DNA of 64,000 nucleotides from Thalia democratica (lineage: Eukaryota): the NCBI GenBank assembly GCA_965202585.1, contig OZ241829.1, positions 72,354,001-72,418,000 of the forward strand, read 5' to 3'. Made by a program: the position numbers and the translations under genes. Of the stretch, positions 1-12,600 are shown piece by piece. The notes beneath the pieces are model-generated. The model was given only the letters and a program-made list of their open reading frames with translations, did not search any database and was not told where the DNA came from. The number at the start of each line of letters is the position of its first letter. Position 1 is the stretch's first letter.

Positions 1-410
1 ATAAGAGAAATGGTACAGTACTACTAATTTTGTTACTAGCTTTCTCATACAAATTACAAAAATCAATATTCTTTTTTTTATTTTAATTAATAAAACATAA
101 ACAATAGTTTTAGCTTTACCATTGATAATCTTTTCTCAAAGAAGGTTCTGCTTTTTCAGTACGTTTAAGCTTATGATATCATGTTCTTATGATTATTTTT
201 GTCAGCTTTTTTACGCTAAGGCATTGATGATTTTCGGACCACTTAAATAATTTTCATACAAGGGATATTTTTTGTTTTAAAATAAGAGAAATCGTACAAT
301 ACTGCTAGATTTGTTACTAGCTTCTTCATACAAATGATAAAAATCAATACTCCTTTTTTTCTTTAATCAATAAAACATAAACAATAGTTTTATCTTTACT
401 ATTAATAATT
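1..410. repeat. Intronic tandem duplication (~281-bp period)
   Basis: ATAAGAGAAAT(G/C)GTACA..TTGTTACTAGCTT..CATACAAAT..AAAAATCAATA...TAAAACATAAACAATAGTTTT at 1-111 and again from 282. Confidence 0.85.
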
Positions 411-691
411 AGATTTTCACAACTTTTAAATTAACTGCGATTGAAGTTTTAAAGCATTATAATTTTTTTTTTTTAATTTTCTATCTGTAAGTTTTGGATA
501 TAATGATAAAAAAGTGAACTAACAAATATAAAATTGATACCAAACTATTCTGATTGTCGATTTTATTTTAAATATTATCTAAAATCATTTTTTAAAGTGC
601 TTATTTAAGTATATTACCTGAGTTTTAGACTTTGAATAATCTTATAACATTAAGTTTGTTCATGTTAAAGTCTAATTAGATATTTTTTCAG

Positions 692-3600
692 GATACTACA
701 TCTGCTCCAGAAAACAGTAAGTTGATTTTGTATGTAACTCTTTATCTTTAAGTCTTTATTTAAAAAAAAAAACTTCAGTTCAAATGTGTTGCTGTTTCAA
801 TCTATATACATTGTTAAAATAATGTAGTTATTAAAATAGACAAAATTTTTCAGTCGTTATCTTCAAAGTAATGGGAAATGCTGTTTTGTCGGTGAGAAAA
901 AAATGGAACTACAAAATTGATCTGAAAATAAAAACTTCAAAAAATCACCAGAAATACAAGGAGCACTTTGAAAAAAGGGTTAGTAAAATTCATTTATCTG
1001 TGCCTTGAAATCATACATGACTTGATTTGAGTCGATACAAATACTCAACTAGATGTCGTTTTATATAATATTTTTGTTGACTGCTCATTTTTGATTTATT
1101 AAAAGATTTTTTAAAAATGAAAATCTGTAACAGAATCTATTGAAAAAATAAGGAACTTTTTTAAACGAAATTTAACATTAAATAAAATCATGTGTTCTTG
1201 TAGATTTTATAAACTTAATTTAAAAATTAGAAATTTACCTTTATGAAAGTGATGTTGCAGATATACGACCAGCTGGACCAACCTGCCAACTTGTCAGACA
1301 ATATTTACTCCGTCGAAATACACGAGTTCGGTAGATCGCCCACTGGTGGTAAGAAAATATCAATCAATTTCCAAGTGAACTTAGTACAGAATATAAGCTA
1401 TCTCGAAATGGGGGATTATCTGACAGATTACTTTTTACTGCAAGGAGGAACGACTGATGTTTACAAGTTTTATGAGCAAGGTAGCCGAAATGATAGTGAT
1501 GTTTTGTAATAATTTTTTTTGTTCTTTGAAACCTTTCAATTTTTTATGTTTTCTTAAATTTTTTTTCCTAACGTTATTTTATGATATTTTCTGAAGGACC
1601 AAATATTGTTTTGTATAAGGTTAATAGTTTAGATTATTTTGGTTTAAGTACTTTTTTTCTTTTTTAGACTGTTAATAAACACACATTTACACATTTATCA
1701 TTCATAAAATAATTTTGTATATCTTCTATCAGTGAGTTCTCTTAGTGATCAAAAATTATCCTAGAAAAGATTGAGTAAATTGAGAGAAGACCAAATATTA
1801 AAAAAAATTGTGTTGAAAGTAATATATACTAATAAAGTATTGTTTCTCTAAACCTATAGTTTTACTCTGTAAAAAATATATTTTTTTTTAATTTATCATT
1901 AAACTTTTCGCTGCTTGTATTTTCTTTGATGCTTTGTTTTAGCTTTGTCATTAATGAACTTTAGACAGTTTTTTTTTTTACAAATATTAATAAAACTGCC
2001 TCTTTTACTGAACTTTTACTGAGTTATGTTTTCATTCAGCATATTTTAACTTTTAGAGCTTAATTTGTATTCACTTTTAAATAGATTTAAACTATATTAC
2101 ATACTAAACATTAAAAACCGTGTTTATAATTAACTTTATTATATGTTATTGCATGGTTACAGGCCGATTTGCTTTTTTAATAAAAGGCTTTTTTTAATGT
2201 TTATAAAATTGCATTTTGTTCTAGTTAAGCTTTGATAGCGCTGGATAGTAACTTACACTTTTTACTTTTTATCTGTTAGGAGTATTCTTTAACTTAACAG
2301 CTAAATTTCAATATTCAAAAATACTTTTGTTTTAGCTTGTTCTACAAAATTCTTTTTGTAAATTTCATGTAAATTTTAAATTTTTAGTTTAACTTTTTTG
2401 TTTTACAAAATTACGCTTACAGTTTTTTTTTGTTTGTTTTTGTTACACTTAATAAAATGTATTACATTTATTTTTGATTTTTTTTTTCAACAAAAGAAAA
2501 ATAAAACTTTAACAAAGTATTTGTTAATTTTTAGTTGTTAGAAATAATAAAAACTATAATAAAATTTTCAAATCTTCAAGTTGTGTAAGTTTTAAGTAAA
2601 AACAGTGTCAGACGTTATTTTAAATCTTAATACTTTTATTAAAACATATACCAAGTTAAACGATAAAATGTATAAATTTCAAATCTTGGCTACAAGAAAA
2701 AAAATTAAGGTAGCATTAGCAATATAAACGTAATTTTGCAAAATAATTTTGCTATTTACTACATACTAAATTGCCACAACCAAAAAAGCTTTGCCATGCA
2801 GTGCTCACACTATCACGAATGTTCACTATCAAAAATAGCAGAACGCAAAAACGTCAAATTGGTTGCTACTTAACTGCATGCAGGGCAAGTTGCTTGTTTA
2901 CTAATTGCATGTTGCCTAGTAAAATTTTAAACTGCAAGCATTTTAAAGAGCTAAATTTTATTTTAAATCTTAAAATGTAAACTTAATAGACTAAACTTAT
3001 AACTTGTTGCCTAAACTTTTCTCATAAAACATCCACAAATAATTAAAATAATTTATCTTATATGTCTGTCTATCTCATCGTTTATGAAAACACTGTTTAC
3101 ATTTTAAAAACTAGATATTTTATTAACAGGTTGGACACCAGAATACACTGAAAGTAAGTTTTTTATTTAACTTATAATTTAAATTTTTACAAACCATAAT
3201 TTAACTTACGCTAACTTACTTTTTATGTGAAATCAAGTAAATTACTAAAAGTGATATAACTAAAACTGAACTATAGTTTTTTTTTTCGAGACTACTAATA
3301 TATTTATTGATACCAGTAACTAAGCATTCCTTTTATTAAAAGTTTGAACAATATGTTTACCATATTTTAAAGTATCATAAAACTCAATTTTACAAAATTT
3401 ACAACACTTTATAATTTCTAATGACGCTTGCCGGTCTGTAAAAAAAACAACAAAAAATTTCAGGTTCAATTGTGACGATCCCCTCGTTCAGCGGCAGCTC
3501 GTACATTCTCTTCTCTCGTTTTGTGAGTCACGTGACGCGGCAGATGCGGCTGAAGTTCAGCTTCAAGACTTTCGACTTCAACGGGTGGCTGCTTCACCTG

Positions 3601-6600
3601 ACCGACGGTGAATCATCAATCACGTTGTCTGTTGAAAACGGGAGGGTTGTTTACAGGTTTGTTTAGTTTCTGACATAAATACTTTTTGTTTTTTTTTTCG
3701 ATATTTTTATTGAATAATTAATAATTTCTTAATATAAATTAGACATTTTCTAATACTTAATCTTTCAATACACTGCCTGTTAAGAATGGGAGGGTTGTTT
3801 ACATGTTTGTGCTACAACTTATAAATTACATTTATGAGTATTTGTTCACTACAGATACTAAGTAATTGAGTTTTTCTTTGGTTGTTTATAGGTTTTTCAT
3901 AAAATAAAGCTAATAAATTACATTTGTAAGTATTTATTCACTACATATACTGAGTAGTTAAGTTTTTCTTGGGTATTTAAGAATGTTTGTGATAAATTAC
4001 AACTAATAAAACTATATCGGTAAAACAACTAAAGCTTTTTTATACACAACGTAAACTAGGTACTTTTATTTGTTTGTTGTTACAAATGTTTATTACTATA
4101 TCATATGTCAGCATAAAAATAATTAGATAAAAATTGAAAAAATAATGTACTTTAAGCAAGCTAACAGAGAAAATTTTGTCTAAAATACCTATTTTTATTG
4201 ATAACTTTTTACAAAGACATTTTTTATTATTAGTAAAGCTGAATTATTTTCATTCTATAAAGTTAGATACGATAAACCTTCATTTCAACTTTATTTATCT
4301 TCACAAAACAATGCAACACTTTGAAATATTTTTGAACAACGTCATTATAATCCTAGGTGTTAATATTATCTCTAAAACAAATATCGGAACGTTTTTATCA
4401 GCTTTTAAAAATCTGAATGAAACAATGTTTCTCTGTGAAAAATATTCTAAAACTAGTTTTGATATTTGCAGAAGATTAAGATATGGCAATGTGATATAGT
4501 AATATTTATATTAGTTTGCTACGTAAAAATACTTCATTAGACAAAAGGCTTCTGTGTAGGCGTTTAAAATATCCGACGAAAATACCTTAAACATTGTTAA
4601 TGAAAAATACTTACTACAGGTAAACCTAAAAAGTACATTATGACGCACATATACAAAAGAATGTGTAAAATAAATTTATTGATGTCAACTGCTTTTGAAT
4701 AATTATTTTTAAGCTTTAAATAGATCAAATTATACTTTACTTCAGTATATATGTTGTTCTATAGTTTTTGATGATGTCATAAAAAACATAATAGAAATAA
4801 TATTCATTTGAAAAGAACTTCGTTTTTTATAGACATAAAACCATTTTTTTTTGTAAAATAGAAAAAATATTCTATTATACATGAACAATAGTGTTTGATT
4901 ATTGATATTAGTTACTTTAAGTTTTACTAAGTTGTAATCGTATACAAAAAATCAATGTTAGGAAAATAATAAAAGCGAAAAAACATACTACTATACAACT
5001 TTAACTTTCCTTAGAATATAGAACTGTTTTAAAACCAAATTATGAAGAGTTAATTCCAGACATCTAATCAGTTATCTATCAACAAACTCTTATCAGTCCT
5101 TCCACAAAAACTTAAACTTTAAACTTTAGTTACATAACAACAGCTTAATACTTGTTGATACGTGATAAAAGATATTAACAACAGAATTGTTGATCAACAC
5201 ATTTGTTTAATTTCAAACAAACAGGCAAAATAGTTTTGGTTTTGTTCACATTTTGTTTTACAAAATTAATTTTGTCGTAATTGTAATGAAAATTTATAGT
5301 TTATTGTATACTTATATAATATACAGATAGTTGTTTCCGATATATCATATTTTTATTTTCTTAAAACACGTCTAAACAATAAACCAACAGATACGTCATA
5401 GGAGCAACAGAAATCATTTTGAGAAGCGATGTTTTTGCATCTGATGGGAACTGGCATATAGTTTGCACGACTCTCAACAGGAGAGATGTTTTACTGCAAG
5501 TAAGCATTGTTGTATTTCTGTAGAATAAGAAAACAACTGTTATATGGCTAAACTATTACAACAGTATAAATAAGCTGTGAAAATTTTACTGAGGAAAACA
5601 ATTTAAGAAGTGGTAGTAAATGTCTAAAGAAGCTTTGTATTTATAAACTAAAAGATATTTTGTTCAATTTTTAAAACTAACGTTTAAAAAAGTGTATATG
5701 ATTATGTCTGTTTGTAGTTTTTATCTAAATATTAAGTATTTTTTCTACTAAGAAATTAATAGTTTCAAAAATATATTCAGTGAAATAAAAGAAAAAATAA
5801 ACAATTTATTTTACAAGGAAACATTTTTTAGGTATTTTTTAACATTAAAAATATATTTTTTACAGTTATTTAATATAGAGTTCACAAGTTATTTATGTAT
5901 GATGTAACCAAAATTTGTTCGATACAAAAGTATACTTAGGGTATATTTAATGTTTTACAATGCTCATCGTTCTTAACTGTAGTTTGAAATTAAATTATAT
6001 ATTTCGGTTAACCATACTTGTATGCGCTTCATAAGTATGAATAAATGTAAAACAGTTTTGTTATGTAAAGCAAGTAAATTGGATACTCTTTTGAAAGCAA
6101 TTAAAGTAACAATGTTTAGAATTTTAACACTTTATACACACATATTTCAAATTAAAATATAATTAGTTTAACAATATTTTAAAAACTTTCTAAGTCCTTT
6201 AAAAAACAAGTTTAACACAAGTTTTTAAGTTTTAGAATTTATAAGTTTTTTCTTTCAAAATTTATTTTACAAACTAAGTTTCGGTCAAAGACCTCGCCAG
6301 TGCTTAAATAAATCTTATTCAAATAGAATCTATTTTAGAATTTTAGAATTTATGAGTCATTTAAAAAAATATTAGACATGATAAAAAAGTACAGATAAAG
6401 ATTATTTATATACTACTTCTAAGGTTTAACTAAGAACCTTAAAGTAAAAAATTTAAGATATTTTAAATATTAAAATACTTTAAAAAAAAACAGCAAAATT
6501 AAAAGACAGCTTTAATAAGTTAACTAAAACTTTTAAATAAATTATTAATCCCAATTAACCAAAGATTAAATTAAGAAATAAATACCATTCAAAGGTAGAC

Positions 6601-9600
6601 GAAGAAACAAAGAAGACAGGTATTCTTCCATTCGGAGTGATGGGGTTGTATTTGGAGTGCAAACTTTATCTGGGAGGAGTCGAAAAATCACTGGAAGAAG
6701 AGTCAGTTTTCTTTGTTTATGTATGATCTCTTTCGTAAAATACGTAAAATATTCAATTCAAATGCGCATAAAATTTGTACTTTAAAACATAAGAACTATT
6801 AAAGTAATTGATAAATTTTAATGAAAAATGTACATAGCACTGTTTTAAAGCAATGCTAGTTACTAGATTTAAATAATTTTGTTAGAACAGTAAATATTGT
6901 ACAGAATAGTTATTGTATAGTTAAAATATAGTTTATATTTGTAGCAGAATCTAAAAAGTGCATTTAACTATTAATGTCATTTTAGTTTTTTAAGTAACAC
7001 TTTTTATTTTCTATTTATGTACGAACATATTCTTAAACTGTCGTAAAAACTTTGGTCATCAGTGTTAAAAAAAAGCTTCAAAGCTATAAGAAAAAAATTT
7101 AAAACTCAACTGATATAACGTCTACAACTCAGACTATTTATTTTTATTCATTTAAAAATTCAGTAATAAACTTTATATTTACAAACAAAAGTAAACTTAC
7201 TATACACATTTTTTAACTATCAAAAAAACTGTCAAGTACTTAAAAACACCCAAACACGTTTATACCTAATTCTAAAACAAAATATAATTATTGTATGTCT
7301 ATTTTTCATTAAAACCGATATAACACAAAACTAGATATAACACAAAAAAAAACATGCGCTTTTAAAATTGCTACATAGAAACTGACATGAAAATAAGTTT
7401 ACGAACACGAAAATAAAAAAAAGAAAAAAGACATTTTCTCACTTTGTCTTGAATGGAGGGTTATTGTTCGCTCATCTGAAATCATGACGTAATTGTTATC
7501 CATCATTTAGATGTTTTTGATATTTTGGCGGTTTTTATTTTACAAGCTATGAATCATCAAATTACTTCGATAATTTTACTGCAAGTTTTGAACTATCAAT
7601 CACGAAAAAAGGCAACTTTAGCATTACAGAGTATATATTATTTTGTAATAACTAATATTGACTGATTTCAATACTTTTCGCAGTGTTTGTTTTATAACCT
7701 ATAAATTTAAAAAATGACAAAGTTTTTTTGATATTTTTGGTTTAAGTTTAAAAATTTAAATCATAAAAATTAAAACTTTGATGTTAATTTTTATCAATTT
7801 CAATTGTAGTAATTAGTCTTGACTCACTGTTTAATGTTTAGGCCACCTATAATAAGTAAAATAAAATAATTAGTTTTTCTATATTATACAAAAAATGTTT
7901 TTGCTATAACTAGCATAATAGTTTCCATTGTTTATTTAGTGTAATAAACATGATTTTAAACTAAATAATTGTATTAACTTTATAGTGAGTTATAGTTCCA
8001 ATAAAGAGCTCAACTGAAAACGAGCAAGTAATCATTAATTAAACAATTTTAGACTAAGAGTTTTATTCAACAAGGTGTTTCATGCAAACGCAATGATCAC
8101 GATTAAAAACTCTATAAAGTAAAATAGACAAAGCTATATATACTAAACAATACTAATCAACACTAATTATATTCTTATTACAACTGAGTAAATTAATTTA
8201 AATGAGCTTGCAAAACTGACAAAAAGATTCCAAAATGCTTAATGGCCAACTAAGTAAAAGGAAGTTTATAAGTATATTACATTCGTGCCTGCATTTTTAT
8301 TTTATTTTTATTTTATTTTTATTGTATTGTTGTTGTATTTGTGTTCTCTAGTTACTTATTTATTTATTCATCTATTTTGTACGTTTCCAATAGGTTTTTT
8401 TCTTAATTGGCCATTAAGCATTTTGGAATTTTTTTGTCAATTTGGCAAGCTCATTTAAATAAAATTACTCAGTTGTAATGAGAATATAGTTAGTGTTGAT
8501 TCGTGTTGTTTAGTATATATAGCTTTGTCTATCTTACTTTGTAGAGTTTTTAATCGTGATCATTGCGTTTGCATGAAACACCGTGTTGAATAAAACTCTC
8601 AATCTAAAAGTGTCTAATTAATATTTAAACTTTATATAAATGTTTTTTTTATTTGTTAAAAACCTAGTATCATGACGTTGTAATATTAATCACCGATTTT
8701 GTAAAGGATTTAGCTTGTTTAGATATGTAAAACTAAATAATGTTATAATAAAGTATGTATTACTTTGATGTGTAAGCAAAAATTTGATAAAAGCTAATCT
8801 TTACTGAGTGTTTATTGTTTAGGCCACACAAACGTTTTAAAAGTGAATGTTTTGCTTTCATCTACCTTTTACGTGTGTTCTTTTTATACTTGGTTTCATA
8901 TGCGGTTTGAAGTTAAATGAAAAGCTTAACAAATTGCATTTTTGTTATAAAAAATCTACATAATCTATCTAGTACGTGTAGTTTATCATAAAATTTATTT
9001 TATTTGGTTTTTTACTTCAATACATTTAAAAGACTGAAAGCTTTACTGTATTATATTAAAAGCTTTATATCTTAATTAAATGATTGTTCAATTGCATTTA
9101 CCCAGTGCCCACCCAAGAAGTATGCTTTAAAGATAATCTTAATATTCTTTAATATTTTATTTTGAAGTTTTAGGCCGTATACTTAAACCACTGTAACTTA
9201 AATATTATGCAAAGTTCAGCTACGAATTGAGATTTACAACGTTTTATATATTTTTACAATTGTATATATTTTTTTATACTTAAATTTAAAGCATTGCTCA
9301 GTTTAAGGGTTTAATAAAACTAAAATTTTAATTACTTTTAGACTATTATATTTTCTAATACGTTATTTGGGATTTGAATTACCCAAATGATAACAATAAA
9401 CTAAAGTTTCTAAAATACTGTTTATGTTTCTCAATACTAAATTAATCCATGTTTTACAAAACTAACTATTTATTTACTTATAGCAGTTGTAATTGTAGTA
9501 AGTTTCACTAAACAAAAATTATTTAAAAGTCAAAAAACAGTTTTTGATATCTTACAAGTATTTTAAATTACTTTAAAACATAGTTTTGCTACACAATATT

Positions 9601-12600
9601 TTTTGTGGCCTTCTAGCATAACTAATTTTTATCAATCAATATTTGTACTTTACTAATATTTTTTTCCAGACTATCCAGTATAACGGGAGTTTGCAAAGGG
9701 CTGACGGGATGCATTGATGACGTCACAATATACAAAGGAAGGATGCAAGTTAAGACGAATTTCGAAAATGCAGATGTTATCCACAGGTCGGTTCGAAATA
9801 TTTAAAATTAGCACCATATTTTGTTGTAAAATGTTTAAACATAAATGCAAGTTAATACCAGTTACGAAAATGCAGACATTTTTTACAGTTTTTTATGAGA
9901 ATATTTGCATTTCATCAGCGCAATATACAGTTTATAATTTTTGAGTGTAAGTGAAAGTCGATACAATAAATAATAAAATGCAGATGTTGTTCACAGATTG
10001 TTTTGTTTAATTAGCGTCTACAAACTATTATAAAAATTTTACTGCTCGTGTGAGTGAAATCAAGTTATTACAATACAGAATATTAAGCAAAGACTATTTG
10101 TTTTGTTTTTTTAATATACACATTTAAAATGCTTTTTTTAACAACAATTCAACATAGCACAAGCTCAAAAATGAGCAGGTTGATTCTACAAACTTTTGTA
10201 ATACTATGTACGAGAGTGATTTTAATGCTTAAAGTTCTTAAAGTATTTAAATGTTAAAAGATCTTTTGTAAGTAAAATTTTTATTTGTTTTGTTTTTATT
10301 TTTCTTAAAATTTTCAACAAACACTTTAAATGCCTTGTATAGTAAATTCTAAATTAAAACCAATCATTTTTTTTATTAATAAAAGCAATATTTAAAACAT
10401 TTATTTGAATTTTGTTATTTGTTAAATTTACTTTTTTAGTTATCTATTAGATTTATCGTTAATTAAAAATATAGAGGTAACATACGAAAAAATTTTTGTT
10501 TTCTAAACACTAAATTTTTCAATCTATTACGTGTTTGTTTTACGAAAAGATACTTAACTCAAATAGATTTAAAAGTTCAACGTTGTTATTTTTCAGAGTA
10601 ACAATCTTTAAATACGTTTAAGCTCAACTTAGTACAAAATTGCATCACGTTTTTACAGTTGAAAGCTGTAATTGTACAAAACACATAACTTATGTTTCAA
10701 GCAAAACAACAAAAAATGGTGTCTTCTCACAGAATTTTATACACTAAAAATACTTCTTAAGAAACTGCTCAAATGCTAAACTCTAGAGACTTAAGTTTAT
10801 AAACTGTTTTGCTCGTAAATTAAAATTTCTAAAATATCATAGTTGAAAACTTTAATTTGTTGAAAATTTTTTGATTTAAAGTTTTTATTTTTTGATTTTA
10901 ACACCTTAACATTTAAAATATGTTAACTCTTGTCGCATCTAAAGTTCAACCTATTGTTTTTGCTTTTTAACTTTAATTGTCAACAAACTTTGATAAATTA
11001 GAAACGTTGCATTTTAGTAATCAGTTTATTTTTTAAGCTAAAACACTTCTCTAACTACTTTAGTTCCAGCTCGTCATAATTATTTTTAAAAAAAGTTGTC
11101 TTTAAATTAGTAAAATGTAGATGAATTTTTTCTTAAGTATATGACACATATTACAGAATAAGCGATTGCCGCTCGAAACATCCATGCAATCCAAATCCAT
11201 GCCATCAAGAAGCGGACTGTTATGTGAAAGAAAACAGTGGCACAGATCTGATCGGTGAAGATAATAATGATTCAGATCTGACCGGTGAAAAGTTCAGTAG
11301 TTACTGCAAATGCGACAAGTGTCATACAGGTTTGATTTAATAGTTTTCGTGGCTAACACATTTACATAAAAAATGATGGTATATTTAAACTTTTAAAAAA
11401 TGTTTTGATAAATTCATATTGCTTTGTAATTTATCTTTTAAACACATTTAATTAAGGATTTAAAAACTTTTTTTTTTTTAAATTAAAACCTTAGACTTGT
11501 TTAGTTGTATATAAAGTAGTAAAATAACTTAATACTCATCAACTAAGAATCTTTAAATACATTTCAAGCAGTGAGTATCAAAATATATTTATTTAAAAAT
11601 TAAACCAAGTATGAAATAACAAAATCGTTATACCAGGTGAATATTGTGAAGAATCTACTAATCTTCCAAATCCATGTCTGTCGAGTCCCTGTTCTTCAGA
11701 TAAAATTTGCAGATCCAAAAGACACAACTCCACGTTTGAATGTTTATGCTTGGACGACCACGGTGACGAAATTGACTGTTTTAAATTAGGTTTGAATTTT
11801 TATTCACTTTATATCAGGCTTGATATGTTTTATTTAGTAAAAGTTTGGTATGTATGAATGTAATTAATATATTCTTTTTGAAAGTTGAGACGGTGCTTAA
11901 GAATATGTTTTTACTTAAGCTATTTTTTAAAGACAAAACTGTATTTTACTCAAAACCTTTGTAATTAAGTAAATTTGTTATAAGTTTAGATATGTTTTAC
12001 TTTAAGTTTAAAAAGATAAAACTTTAATCTGTAAAGTAACTGATAACATTCGAACAGAGTCTCAAAGAACTATGCCAAAGCTCAATGGTACATCGTCTAT
12101 TGAAATAAATCTTAAAACATTAAATTTGTACGAGATTACAACTATAAGCTTCGTCTTCAAAACATTAAAAAGTGATGGTAAGTCTATTCACGAAAACATT
12201 TTGTTTATACATGAACTTTGATTATAACATACAAGTAGTTTTAACCAGTTATATGAAAAACTTAAAAAAAGAGCATTGCAATTTTTTTCCATAATATTAC
12301 ATCATACCCTTTTATTTATAAAGCTACTTATATAGGTTATAATTAAGATTATCTTTATTTTTTAGGTTTAATATTGTTCAACGGAAACAACGATTCTTCC
12401 ACAAAAATATTTATTGAAAACGGAACTTTAAATATAGAAACTGGCGATAATACAGACATTTATACTTACAAGTGAGAAAATTTGTATACAGTTTGAGCTT
12501 ATCTGATTTAACAGTAACGCGTATTTATTTGAAACGATATTTAAGTATATCTTTTGAGATCTACGTACGTATATGTTTAGTTAAACTTTACTACAAAACA

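Noticed and set aside
4176-4499. 107-aa intronic ORF and similar short AT-rich ORFs (2771, 9714, 17925, 35086, 42818, 47642, 59310, 59755)
   Set aside because: Composition is dominated by F/I/K/N/L as expected from AT-rich noise; no motifs or splice support.
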